From Octopus sinensis (taxonomy: Eukaryota): a stretch of DNA of 37,504 bases. The position numbers and the translations under genes were made by a program. Below, piece after piece: positions 1-9,977 of this stretch. The stretch's first letter is position 1. Each line of letters opens with the position of its first letter. Under the pieces are notes generated by a model. It saw only the letters and a program-made list of their open reading frames with translations. It did no database searches and was not told where the DNA came from. The DNA lies in the NCBI RefSeq assembly GCF_006345805.1, contig NW_021835894.1, positions 1 through 37,504 of the forward strand, written 5' to 3'.

Positions 1-258
1 ATACATACATGCGTACTAGACACATACCTACACATATGCATAAAAAAGCCCACATGGACTTTCCTTTCTCTGGATGGATTTTTTCCTTTCTCCTCTTTCT
101 GGCGAAGAACTAAACCCCAAACGCCAAAAAGAACCCACTCTTTTTGGCACCATTCTGAGTGTCAAGCTAGTATATTCCGTAAGTCGTTTCTTTTATTTTG
201 TTATTGTTATTTTTAATGTTCGATGGTGAAATTATTAATGTTCAACCTGTAATAATGC

Positions 259-272
259 TATATATATATATG

Positions 273-368
<96 letters not shown>

Positions 369-397
369 GTGTTGTGTGTGTATGTATGTATGTATGC
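259..397. repeat. (TA)n then (TG)/(TATG)n microsatellite
   Basis: Read directly from the sequence. Confidence 0.95.
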
Positions 398-1097
398 ATC
401 ATATGATTTTCATTAATATTTTCCTGATCATTGTCAAATTTCCGACGAACATTTTCTATATATTTTACGAATCTATGAAAAACATTTCCCGTGTGTCATG
501 CTAATAATCCGATTCTACAAATCCAAAAGATTTTTTTTAAATATAGCAAATTCTTAATTTGGCATCGGTTATTTTACTTAAATACCAACATTCAACAGAT
601 TGAGCCGCAGACGTATAAACAAGCAACACACGGTGCAGAATAAGACGAGGCGTGGACAAAATGTAAATCTCTTGTTTTTGTTCAACGACCAGAAGTAGTT
701 AGATATGGAAAGTAATACCTGTTATATTTCAATGATGTTTACTTCATGATAAGAATCAGGTGAATAAACAACTTGGCTAGCATATAAGGAGAACTGAAAG
801 AACAAAACAAGACGAAGAGTGAAGATTTTTTTCAATGAATGTTTTACCATTGTGATTTACTGCCTGACAAGATTAATCTTACATGTGTAACACAAACAAA
901 AATAAAAAAAGGTTCACTGCAAGAGTTGCTATATTTAAATTTGGAAGCACAAGAAAAAAAATTGCTTAAGGAATGAATGATGTATAAGAATAACTGCCTG
1001 CTTCAGTTGTTTAGATTTATTTCAAAAGGTGATGAGGGTACGATTAAACGGCCCGATTTATGTGTGTGTGTTTGTATATACATACCATACATCACAT

Positions 1098-1139
<42 letters not shown>

Positions 1140-1219
1140 CACATATCACATCTATATATACATATCTATACATTATACATAAATGCATACACACATAACA
1201 TATATAATATATATATATA

Positions 1220-3700
1220 TCTCCCGCTCCCTCCTCCGCGCCACCATCCGCTCCACCCGCCCCCTCCTGACTCCCTCGACCATCAACTCCCCAGGCCCAC
1301 CTCCTCTCTCCGCCCTCTGCCCTCCACTCTCACCCAACCTATCCTCCGCTTCATTCTTAATCTCAACCACCAACTCTACAACTACCTCACACACACAAAA
1401 AACAAAACTCCACCTCCTCCTCACCCCTCACCCCCTTCCCCATCCTCCCCCACTGTTCCCCCTCCTTCGCACCTACGCCACCCTTCCCCGGACCCACACA
1501 CCCCCCACCGTGACCTTCCCGCCTACCAACCATCTTCACCCAACCACCCCTACCCTCCCCTTCACACCCCTGTGCACCCCCTCCGCCTGCCCTAGTCCTC
1601 CCCACCACCCCGCTTCCTCGCGCTGTTGTCACTATAACCCCCCAACCTCCCCCTCTCCGCCGCTGAGCGCTCCCTCCTCAGTAAGGGTCTCCGCTTCACG
1701 CCACTCACGCGCCACTGTGATGAGTTCGAGACTCGGGCGGACGTCAACCTGTTCCTGCCGCCTCAAACTTTGCGCATACTACCACGCGTCCCCGCAGCGT
1801 CACAACAATCAGGATTGCCTTTTGGAGCTGGGGCGTCGTCCATCCATCTGGACGCCGCCCCCAGGCCTTTCAGTAGCCTAGATTCGTTTGTACATGACTG
1901 CAACGCTTTGGTCCACCGTTTCAACTTTGAACCAAGACCCCGCCGAGCCAACCTCACTCGGGCCGAATCCATTGCCCTTCGCCACCTCCTCCGCCGACGT
2001 GATGACATTGTCATCAAACCGGCGGACAAAGGCGGGGCAGTGGTAGTGTGGCGCGCGAACCTATACAGGGAGGAAGCGCTCAACCAGCTTCAAAATCCCC
2101 TCTTCTATCGCCTCCTCCCCTCCGATCCCACCTCCTCCTACCAACAGCGAGTGTCCTCCACCATCCGCGACCTCATCTCCTCCTCCGCTCTCCCCCCCCC
2201 GCCACCAACCAACCTCATCGTCCGCACACCCCGCACCTCCAACATCTACTTCCTTCCCAAGATCCATAAACCCTCTAATCCTGACCGTCCCATAGTCTCT
2301 GCCTGTAATTGCCCCACTGAACTCATCTCCCTATACCTCGACCGCATCCTGTCCCCCTTAGTCGCAGCCCTCCCATCCCACATACACGACACCAACCACG
2401 CCCTCCGTCTCTTCAATTCCTTTTCCTTCCCTTCCAGCCCCTCACACCTCCTCTTCACTTTAGATGTAAAATCCCTGTACACAGTGATTCCCCACAATGA
2501 CGGTCTCCTAGCCCTCCAATACTTCCTCGACTGTCGTCCCGACCCCACCCCCAGCACCCCCACCCTTCTCCGTTTGGCTGAGCTCGTCCTCACCCTCAAT
2601 TGCTTCATGTTCGCCGGGGAAACGTACCAACAGGTGTCCGGGGTCGCGATGGGAACTAGGATGGGCCCCAATTTCGCCAATCTCTTTCCCGGCTACATTG
2701 AGGCCCAAGTGTTCTCCCAGTTCTCTGGGCCGACCCCCGAACTATACGGTCGCTATATCGACGACTGCGTAAGTGCCACCTCCCTTTCCCGTGAACTTCT
2801 CTGCCAATTCATCTCTTTCCTTTCCAACTTTCACCCCTCTCTTCAATTCACCTCCACCATCTCCAACACCTCTGTCAACTTCCTTGACATCTCTCTCCGC
2901 ATCGATCACCCCTCCAACTCTCTCTCACCACCACCGCGTTTGTGCAGCCGCGACCACGATTTCGAGACCCAATCTCAATACCTGGCCCGCATGTTCAGAC
3001 TCCGAGGTTACCCACCCATACTCCTCTCTGATGCCCTCACCCGCGCCCGTCGCATCGACCGCACTACCGCCCTTTCTCTTTCCCCCCCCCCCCCCCACCC
3101 CACGCACCCCCTTCTCCCCCCTCCTTTTCACCCCTCTACCCTACCCCTTCGTCGCAAGATACTACGTGCCTTCCGTCGCCTCCAGCTTGATCCCACCACC
3201 CGCCCCATTTTCCCTAACCCACCCCTGTCCTCCTTCAAACGAGCCCGCAATCTGCGTGACCTCCTGGTCCACAGCACCCTCTCTCCTTCCCCCTCAGCCC
3301 CACACGGATCATTCCCTTGCTCTAGATCCCGCTGCAACACTTGCCCCTTCATCACCAACACCACCGCTGTCACCGGCTCCAACCAGCATACTGTACGCAT
3401 TAGGCACTCTTTTACGTGCACCTCGTCTGGCCTTATTTACTGCATTAAATGCAACCTATGCGGGATGCTGTATGTTAGGACAGACGGGACGCCGGTTGTC
3501 CGACCGTTTCACTGAACATTTGAGGGACGTTCGCCTACACTCTTTTTCTCCCGTCGCACGCCACTTCCGCTCGGCCGGCCATTCCTAGATGACATCTCAG
3601 TGTTTGGTCTCGCCCCCCACAATGGTCGCCCACTTTCCAGGCTCCACTTGGAGCAACGCTACATCTTCACCCTACAACTACCACCCCACACGGACTTAAC
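1220..3700 (+). mobile_element. Penelope-like retroelement (PLE), 5'-truncated, RT + GIY-YIG endonuclease, several frameshifts
   Basis: N-terminal PLE-type segments are read across frameshifts (AVVT..PNLPLSAAERSLLSKGLRFTP at ~1620-1710; CRLKLCAYYH at ~1776-1805). RT motifs: DDIVIKPADKGGAVVVW, YFLPKIHKP, LFTLDVKSLYTVIPH, YQQVSGVAMGTRMGP, YIDD (2754-2765), VNFLDISL. The GIY-YIG region reads CNTCPF...CTSSGLIYCIKCNLCGMLYV/GQTGRRLSDRFTEH...VARHF...EQRYIFTLQ/TTTPHGLN, with frameshifts at ~3477, ~3587 and ~3675. It begins right after a (TA)n run. Confidence 0.95.
1770..3515 (+). CDS. Longest open frame of the PLE ORF: Penelope-type reverse transcriptase plus the first half of GIY-YIG (no true ATG; the frame is entered and left by frameshifts)
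   Basis: The 581-aa ORF in the track carries all core Penelope RT motifs, including YIDD. It starts at a TTG in mid-domain and leaves the endonuclease frame at an extra A (3477). It is probably not a functional CDS as assembled. Confidence 0.85.
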   Translation: MRILPRVPAASQQSGLPFGAGASSIHLDAAPRPFSSLDSFVHDCNALVHRFNFEPRPRRANLTRAESIALRHLLRRRDDIVIKPADKGGAVVVWRANLYREEALNQLQNPLFYRLLPSDPTSSYQQRVSSTIRDLISSSALPPPPPTNLIVRTPRTSNIYFLPKIHKPSNPDRPIVSACNCPTELISLYLDRILSPLVAALPSHIHDTNHALRLFNSFSFPSSPSHLLFTLDVKSLYTVIPHNDGLLALQYFLDCRPDPTPSTPTLLRLAELVLTLNCFMFAGETYQQVSGVAMGTRMGPNFANLFPGYIEAQVFSQFSGPTPELYGRYIDDCVSATSLSRELLCQFISFLSNFHPSLQFTSTISNTSVNFLDISLRIDHPSNSLSPPPRLCSRDHDFETQSQYLARMFRLRGYPPILLSDALTRARRIDRTTALSLSPPPPHPTHPLLPPPFHPSTLPLRRKILRAFRRLQLDPTTRPIFPNPPLSSFKRARNLRDLLVHSTLSPSPSAPHGSFPCSRSRCNTCPFITNTTAVTGSNQHTVRIRHSFTCTSSGLIYCIKCNLCGMLYVRTDGTPVVRPFH

Positions 3701-3759
3701 ACAGCCCCCTCCTCTTGAGATCCGCTTTTTTTTTCGTTTCCCGGATACACCACCCACAC

Positions 3760-6270
3760 ACACCCACCACCTACCTCCACACGCCTGTTCACACACACAC
3801 ATACGTAGACCCATCTACGTACATACATTCACACATTAATCACACACACTTATAGACATACATGCACACACTAACATACAAACCAACATGCACTACAAAC
3901 CACACATACATACATACACCACCACATACATACTACACACACACACACACACACACAGACATACATACACACATACATACACACATACATACGCACATAC
4001 ATACACACACACTCACACACACACACCGCACGTACATACTTCACACACACACACATGCACACATACATGTAGGCACACAATTACATACATACCCACACAT
4101 GCACACCCTTACACTGAATGCACACACACATACACCTTTTTGCATCCAGGCAGCCCCCCTCTTTTCTGCTTTCCGGTTTTGGCTGATGGATCCTCGGTTC
4201 CCGCGTAGCGGGGCGTTCGAGGGCCTTTGCGCTCGCGCGCCTTGGCGCGCGCTGGGGGCTTGGTCGGGCTTGGGCTTGGGCTTGGGGGCTTGGGCTTGCG
4301 TTGTATTGCTTGTGCGTTGTGTGCGTGAGCGCGCTTCGTGTGTGTGGGCTTGCTTCGGATGTGCGCGTGCGTATGTATGCATACATACCCACACACTCGC
4401 ATGCATCCCCACCCACATACATACACGCACACCTACTCACACACACACATACACACACACACACACATACCCGCACACACACACACATACATACGTACAC
4501 ACACATACCTACTTCAGACATACACACACACAGACATACACCCATACACTCACACTCACACGCATACACACACACACATACACACGCACACGTACACATA
4601 CACACACACACACACCTACATACATACATTACACTTGTACACACACACACTTACATTCATACACACACACACCTACACAGCCATACCTCACTCAGACACA
4701 CACACCTACCTACATACACACACAAACACACACCCATACATACATACATCTACACACACGCGCCTACACACATACATACACACATACATAAACACACACA
4801 CATACACATACACACACATACGCACACACACACATACATACATACAGCCATACACATACACACACACATACCTACATACTCCTATACGCACATACATACA
4901 CACAGACATACACACATACACACTCACACAAACATACACACACACATACTTACACACACACTCACCTGCACGCGCACACACATGCATGACAAACACCCAT
5001 ACACTCACACTCACATACGCACACACCAACATAAACACGCACACACACACCTACACTCCCACACACATACACACGCACCTACATACACACACGCATACAC
5101 TCGCACACACACGCATACACACATACTTTACACACGTACACACACACCTACATACACATGCATACACACACACACACAAACATGCACGGACACACCCAGA
5201 CATACATACATACACCATATACACACGCCACACACCTACATACACACACATATACACACGACCCCACACACCTACATACACACACATACATACACACGGA
5301 CACACCCATACATACGCACATGCATGCATGCATGCACACGCGCACACCTACACGCAACCACACACACACACGCACGTACACATACATACATACACACACA
5401 CATATACATACACCCATACACATACATGCATCCTACACACACATACATACACACTCACACATACATACACCACACAACACTCACTCACACACCTGTATGT
5501 ACGCGCACACACATGCATATACACACACTTCCACACACCCACACGTACATACATACACACTCATACACATACACACACACACACACGGACATACATCTAT
5601 GCACACACAATATACACACATACTCACATACATTCATCGGACACACACTGACCCCAGACATACACACAGACACACACACACATCCACACACATACAACTT
5701 TACGCGCATACTCGCAGGCGCGCGCACACACGCGCTTGCGCCGGTTCGCGCACGCATACGCGCTGCATGCACCTCGCTCTTGGACCCGACGAGACCTCCC
5801 GCTCGTTCCTGGGACCGTCGCTTGTCGTTGGGTTTTCCCACGCCCGTCTCCGCGGGACCACTCTTCCATCTTCCCCTCAGCTGGAGTCCTTTTTCCTTAA
5901 CCCCCCCTTTTTTGTTACACACACGCGCACACATATACACACATTGCTTAAATATATACATTACTCTTACACACATTCAATCTACTCGCCATTAATACTA
6001 CCACGACACTGGACACACACACACACTACTACTCAACACACGCTGGCACGCTACATACGCCCCACCCCTTCCCCTCCCTCCCTTCCTCCTTCCTTCTTTT
6101 TCTTACTACTGACCACTGTCTGCTATGCCTACTACTGTCTCGCCCTACCTCACACGCCTACACACAGACGCACACACTAACACTACATATATTTTTTTGT
6201 TTTTTTTATCTCGCCTCACACACACACATACACACACGCACACGCACACACTCACACATACACACACATC
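3760..6270. repeat. ~2.5 kb degenerate (CA)n/(CATA)n tract with non-repeat islands at ~4135-4300 and ~5770-5915
   Basis: Read directly; it is the source of the His/Thr-rich and Val/Cys-rich pseudo-ORFs. Confidence 0.95.
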
Positions 6271-6289
6271 TGTTGCGTTACCAACCTTG

Positions 6290-6570
6290 TCTCCACTCTT
6301 TTGGCTTTAAAAACCTACTTTGCTCTTGTTATCGTAAACATCCGGCTTTCACCATGTGTAACTCGTAAACACCAGTCGTTTTTTTCTCTATCTCCTGTTG
6401 CCCGCTTTGGGATCTTTCTTTCCTCTCTCTTCCTTCTTTATGTTTCCGACGAAGAGCTCCGCTCGAAACGTCATATCTTCCTGCTTCCATTTCCTGAGCG
6501 CCTATTAATAATAATACTGTAATTGTTCCATTGTTGTTGTTTTTTTGTTTTCCCGTTTGGATTAAAATTA
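6290..6570 (+). mobile_element. PLE-type 3' tail/pLTR-like segment with a minimal hammerhead motif, ending in (TA)n
   Basis: Homologous to 19536-19790. Both share GTTTC(C/T)GACGAAGAG, TTCCTG(A/G)GCG, AATAATACT, and a terminal TTTGGATTAA followed by (TA)n. Confidence 0.6.
6446..6472 (+). ncRNA. Minimal type I hammerhead ribozyme motif, degenerate (U4->C)
   Basis: CCGACGA-A-GAG-CTCCG-CTC-GAAAC-GTC has a CUGANGA-like core, a 3-bp stem II, GAAA, a palindromic ACGT stem III and a GUC triplet. Stem I is poor. Confidence 0.6.
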
Positions 6571-6622
6571 TATATATATATATATATACATACATATATA
6601 TATACACACACATACATCTATA

Positions 6623-7016
6623 TACTCTCTCTTTTTACTCTTTTACTTGTTTCAGTCATTTGACTGCGGCCATGCTGGAGCATCGCCTTTAGTCGAGCAA
6701 ATCGACCCCAAGACTTATTCTTTGTAAGCCTAGTACTTATTCTATCGGTCTCTTTTGCCGAACCGCTAAGTTACGGGGACGTAAACACACCAGCATCGGT
6801 TGTCAAGCGATGTTGGGGAGACAAACACAAACACACAAACATACACACACACATACATATATACGACGGGATTCTTTCAGTTTCCGTCTACCAAGTCCAC
6901 TCACAAAACTTTGGTCGGCCTTAGGCTATAGCAGAAGACACTTGCCCAAGGAGCCATGCAGTGAGACTGAACCCGGAACCATGTGGTTCGTAAGCAAACT
7001 ACTTACCACACAGCCA
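6623..7016 (-). mobile_element. tRNA-derived SINE (Octopus OK-type), near full length
   Basis: Reverse complement of the copies at 19127, 22733 and 28314. It has an A-box-like TGGCTGTGTGG, a B-box-like GGTTCAGTCTC, an internal microsatellite and the tail ...ATGACTGAAACAAGTAAAAGAGTA. Confidence 0.9.
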
Positions 7017-7230
7017 TTCTTTTACTTGTTTCAGTCATTTGACTGCGGCTTTGCGAGAACACTACTGTGAATTGTTTTTGCCAAACAATTCGACTTATTT
7101 TTAAGCCTAGAACTTATCCTATTGGTCTTTTTGCCGAACCGCTAGGTTACGGGGAAGTAAACACACCAACACCGGTTGTCAAGCGTTGACGAGTGAGGGG
7201 ACAAGTACATACACAAAGACACACACACAG
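7017..7230 (-). mobile_element. 3' half of a second OK-type SINE
   Basis: TTTTACTTGTTTCAGTCATTTGACTGCGG...GCCGAACCGCTAGGTTACGGGG...GGTTGTCAAGCG matches the 3' half of the same family. Confidence 0.8.
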
Positions 7231-7313
7231 ATATACCATAGATATAATTATATTCATATATATATATATATATATTCATATATATATATTCATATATATA
7301 TATAATATATATA

Positions 7314-7359
<46 letters not shown>

Positions 7360-7437
7360 ATATAATATTAGGGAATAAATCCAAATTTACAGGGAAAAAA
7401 TCAGATTTAGGATTAATCCAATTTTATAGTAAAATAT

Positions 7438-7581
7438 TATAAAATATTATTAGAGACAAAACCACTATTTTGCAAAACAAACAAGGAAAGACTTAATCAA
7501 TACATAAAATTTTATGTATTGATTAAGTCTTTCCTTGTTTGTTTTGCAAAATAGTGGTTTTGTCTCTAATAATATTTTATA
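7438..7581. repeat. Perfect 144-bp palindrome with no spacer (centre between 7509 and 7510)
   Basis: Arms were checked base by base: TATAAAATATTATTAGAGACAAAACC...CAATACATAAAA|TTTTATGTATTG...GGTTTTGTCTCTAATAATATTTTATA. Confidence 0.95.
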
Positions 7582-7597
7582 TATATATATATATATA

Positions 7598-8057
7598 TAA
7601 TGAAATCCGTAGGAAGGATAACACCGAGAACAAAGAAAAAAACCCCACAATATGGCAGAAGCCATAGTCACTCATAATAAAAGGGAATACTGGTGGAATG
7701 TCTCAGTGAATATCTCAATAAAATGAAAGCACAACAAACCTGATATAATGATTTGAGATAGAGAAGAGAAACTGTGCACAGGTGTGGAAATTAGCTGCCC
7801 ATGAGATGTTAACATAAAGCTGAAAGATAAGTGACAAAGAGAACACCTATGCTGAACTATTGAGAAATCTGCAGTTACTCTGTCTAGATTACAAGTTCAG
7901 GTTTATACCTGCAATTATTGTGATATGTAACACACTGTCTAAATACCAATCTTGGGAAATTAGGCTTCTCAAAACCAGAAAGGAGAAGACTACAGATCCA
8001 ATCCATTACTGGAACTGAAAAAAACCTGTAAAACTTTCCAGAAGTTTATCATTTTAA
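7598..8057 (+). mobile_element. 5'-truncated non-LTR retrotransposon, restriction-like endonuclease (RLE) domain, R4/Dong-like; pseudogenised
   Basis: Translation across stops and frameshifts gives YNEIRRKD...HNMAEAIVTHNKREYWWNVSV...KHNKPDIMI*DREEKLCTGVEISCP*DVNIKLK...KENTYAELLRNLQLL...DYKFRFIP...FQKFII*. The PD...E.SCP pattern is the PD-(D/E)xK RLE signature. Confidence 0.8.
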
Positions 8058-8099
8058 TACATATGAGCATGTCTAAATATGTAGCTGTATGCATGAGAA

Positions 8100-8615
8100 T
8101 ACATACATAAAACATACATACATACATACATACATACATACATACATACATACATACATACATACATACATACATACATACATACATACATACATACATA
8201 CATAAAAACATACCATCTAGTTGCTGTTGAAATTTGAATGAAGTAGTCTTGGATCTAAATTAGAAACCGTTCTTTCTCTATTGGCAAGAAATCATGAAAT
8301 AAACTTAATAATGACATACATACACACATACACACATACATACATACATACATACGTGCATACGTACATACATACACACATACATACATACATACATACA
8401 TACATACATACACATATACATACATACATACATGCACATATACATACATACATACATGCACATATACATACATACATACGTGCATACGTACATACATACA
8501 TACACATATACATACATACATACACATATACATACATACATTCATACACACATACATACATACACACATACATAATACATACATACATACATACATACAT
8601 ACATACGTACATACA
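8100..8615. repeat. Two (ACAT)n tetranucleotide tracts (8100-8203, 8312-8615)
   Basis: Read directly from the sequence. Confidence 0.95.
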
Positions 8616-9101
8616 TAGCACAGAGATCTAGATCTAGATATAGATACATATACATACTCAATGTAGCCTATTAATGTTTTATTAGATTTCACATATTTCT
8701 TTCGCGATACTTTTTCTATTTATAGAGATACAGAATAAACATGAATTATCGTTAAAATCCAGAGAGCGTTTGCAGGTGTCAGTAAGTTTGGTTGCCGTAA
8801 GGAATGAAGGATTTATAAGTTTTGGGTGAAGAACCTCCAAAGTAGTCGAATGTAATGGCCGGCGTAAATAAAATCAAAAATTACGAGCCGGAAGTCGATG
8901 CAGAGCTAATTACGATGAAGGGAAACATAAAGAGTGAGTTGCTGGTTGTAAAGAAGAAGACGTCGGAAAAGAGTTTGGTAGGAGAGGTGGAGTGTTATCT
9001 TTGAATGGAAGTTGGTTGAATACATACAGCATACGTGCGTACATACATACCTACATACATACATACATACATAGATGCATACAGTTAAAAAACACATTAT
9101 A

Positions 9102-9977
9102 CAGGGTGTGTGAAAATAATTAGGCATAATAAATTGCTTATAGAATATTTAGCATCACTAAAGTCATGACGAAAATATTTTTAAGCATGGGGATTATTTT
9201 CAATGGGGATTTCTTATTGTCTTATCTCTTATTTTCCAGATGGCCGGTCGCTTGACTGTTCAGGAGCGAGCTAAGATAGCAGCGTGTTATGAAGTGTGGA
9301 ATTTAATTGTTTTGGTTCAGAGATGGTGGCATGCATGGACAGGTAAGCATGCAATACTGCGTCCGGAGACAATAAAAAATTGCCATGCAAAGCTGATGTC
9401 CACGGGCTCTGTGAACGATGCATGAAGAAGTGACCGTCCTACCACATTCCGATCAGCGGAGAACCACATTCCGATCAGTGGCAAGAGTGTAGAAAATGTT
9501 TAATCGCGGCCCGAAAAAAATCAATACGTTAAGCAACTCGTGAAAGTGGACTAACAAGATACAGAATACGTACGGTGTTGCATAAAGAATTGAATTTTCG
9601 TCCGTGGAAACCCCATTACGTGTAGGAGCTAAAACCTGAAGATGTGACCACAAAAGTCCAGAATTTCAGAACTCCAAGAAGTCCAGATATCACTCCATGT
9701 AATTTTTTTATCTGTGGGGTTACACAAAAGAGGTGGTGTTCAAGACAAAACCTCGCACACTGGAGGACTTGGTTCTCAAAGATATTCCAGACAACGTCCT
9801 TCAGAAGGTTGCTCATTCCATCCCTGGCCGTTTGAAGAAACTGGTCGAAATACGAAGATTTACTTACATTTTCCCATGTAATAAAGAGCACATATATCAT
9901 ATGTTTCAATAAATTTGTAAAACGAATATGGATTTTATTACCAATTTTTAATGCCTACTTACTTTTCACCCACCCTG
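9102..9977 (+). mobile_element. Internally deleted Tc1/mariner element (rosa/DD41D-like), with TIRs and TA TSD
   Basis: Left TIR CAGGGTGTGTGAAAATAATTAGGCAT; the right TIR reverse-complements to CAGGGTGGGTGAAAAGTAAGTAGGCAT. TA lies on both sides (9100-9101, 9978-9979). The N-terminal HTH-like peptide is MAGRLTVQERAKIAACYEVWN...KLMSTGSVND and the C-terminal is PRSPDITPCNFFICG. Confidence 0.85.

Noticed and set aside
599-670. Copia-like EPQTYKQA peptide
   Set aside because: The match is eight residues followed by a stop, with no other copia RT/integrase motifs or LTRs nearby; it is likely chance.
1029-1881. Pro-rich ORFs 1029-1595 and 1183-1881 as independent genes
   Set aside because: They begin in a microsatellite and read through the C-rich, frameshifted PLE N-terminus.
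4182-4225. CTGATGG...hairpin as a hammerhead
   Set aside because: The core is CTGATGG rather than CTGANGA, and there is no GAAA or cleavage triplet in register.
4301-5995. 564-aa His/Thr-rich ORF and the many overlapping His/Thr, Ile/Tyr and Val/Cys ORFs across the window
   Set aside because: These are translations of (CA)n, (TA)n, (CATA)n and (TG)n microsatellites, which lack stops in several frames. There is no domain content.
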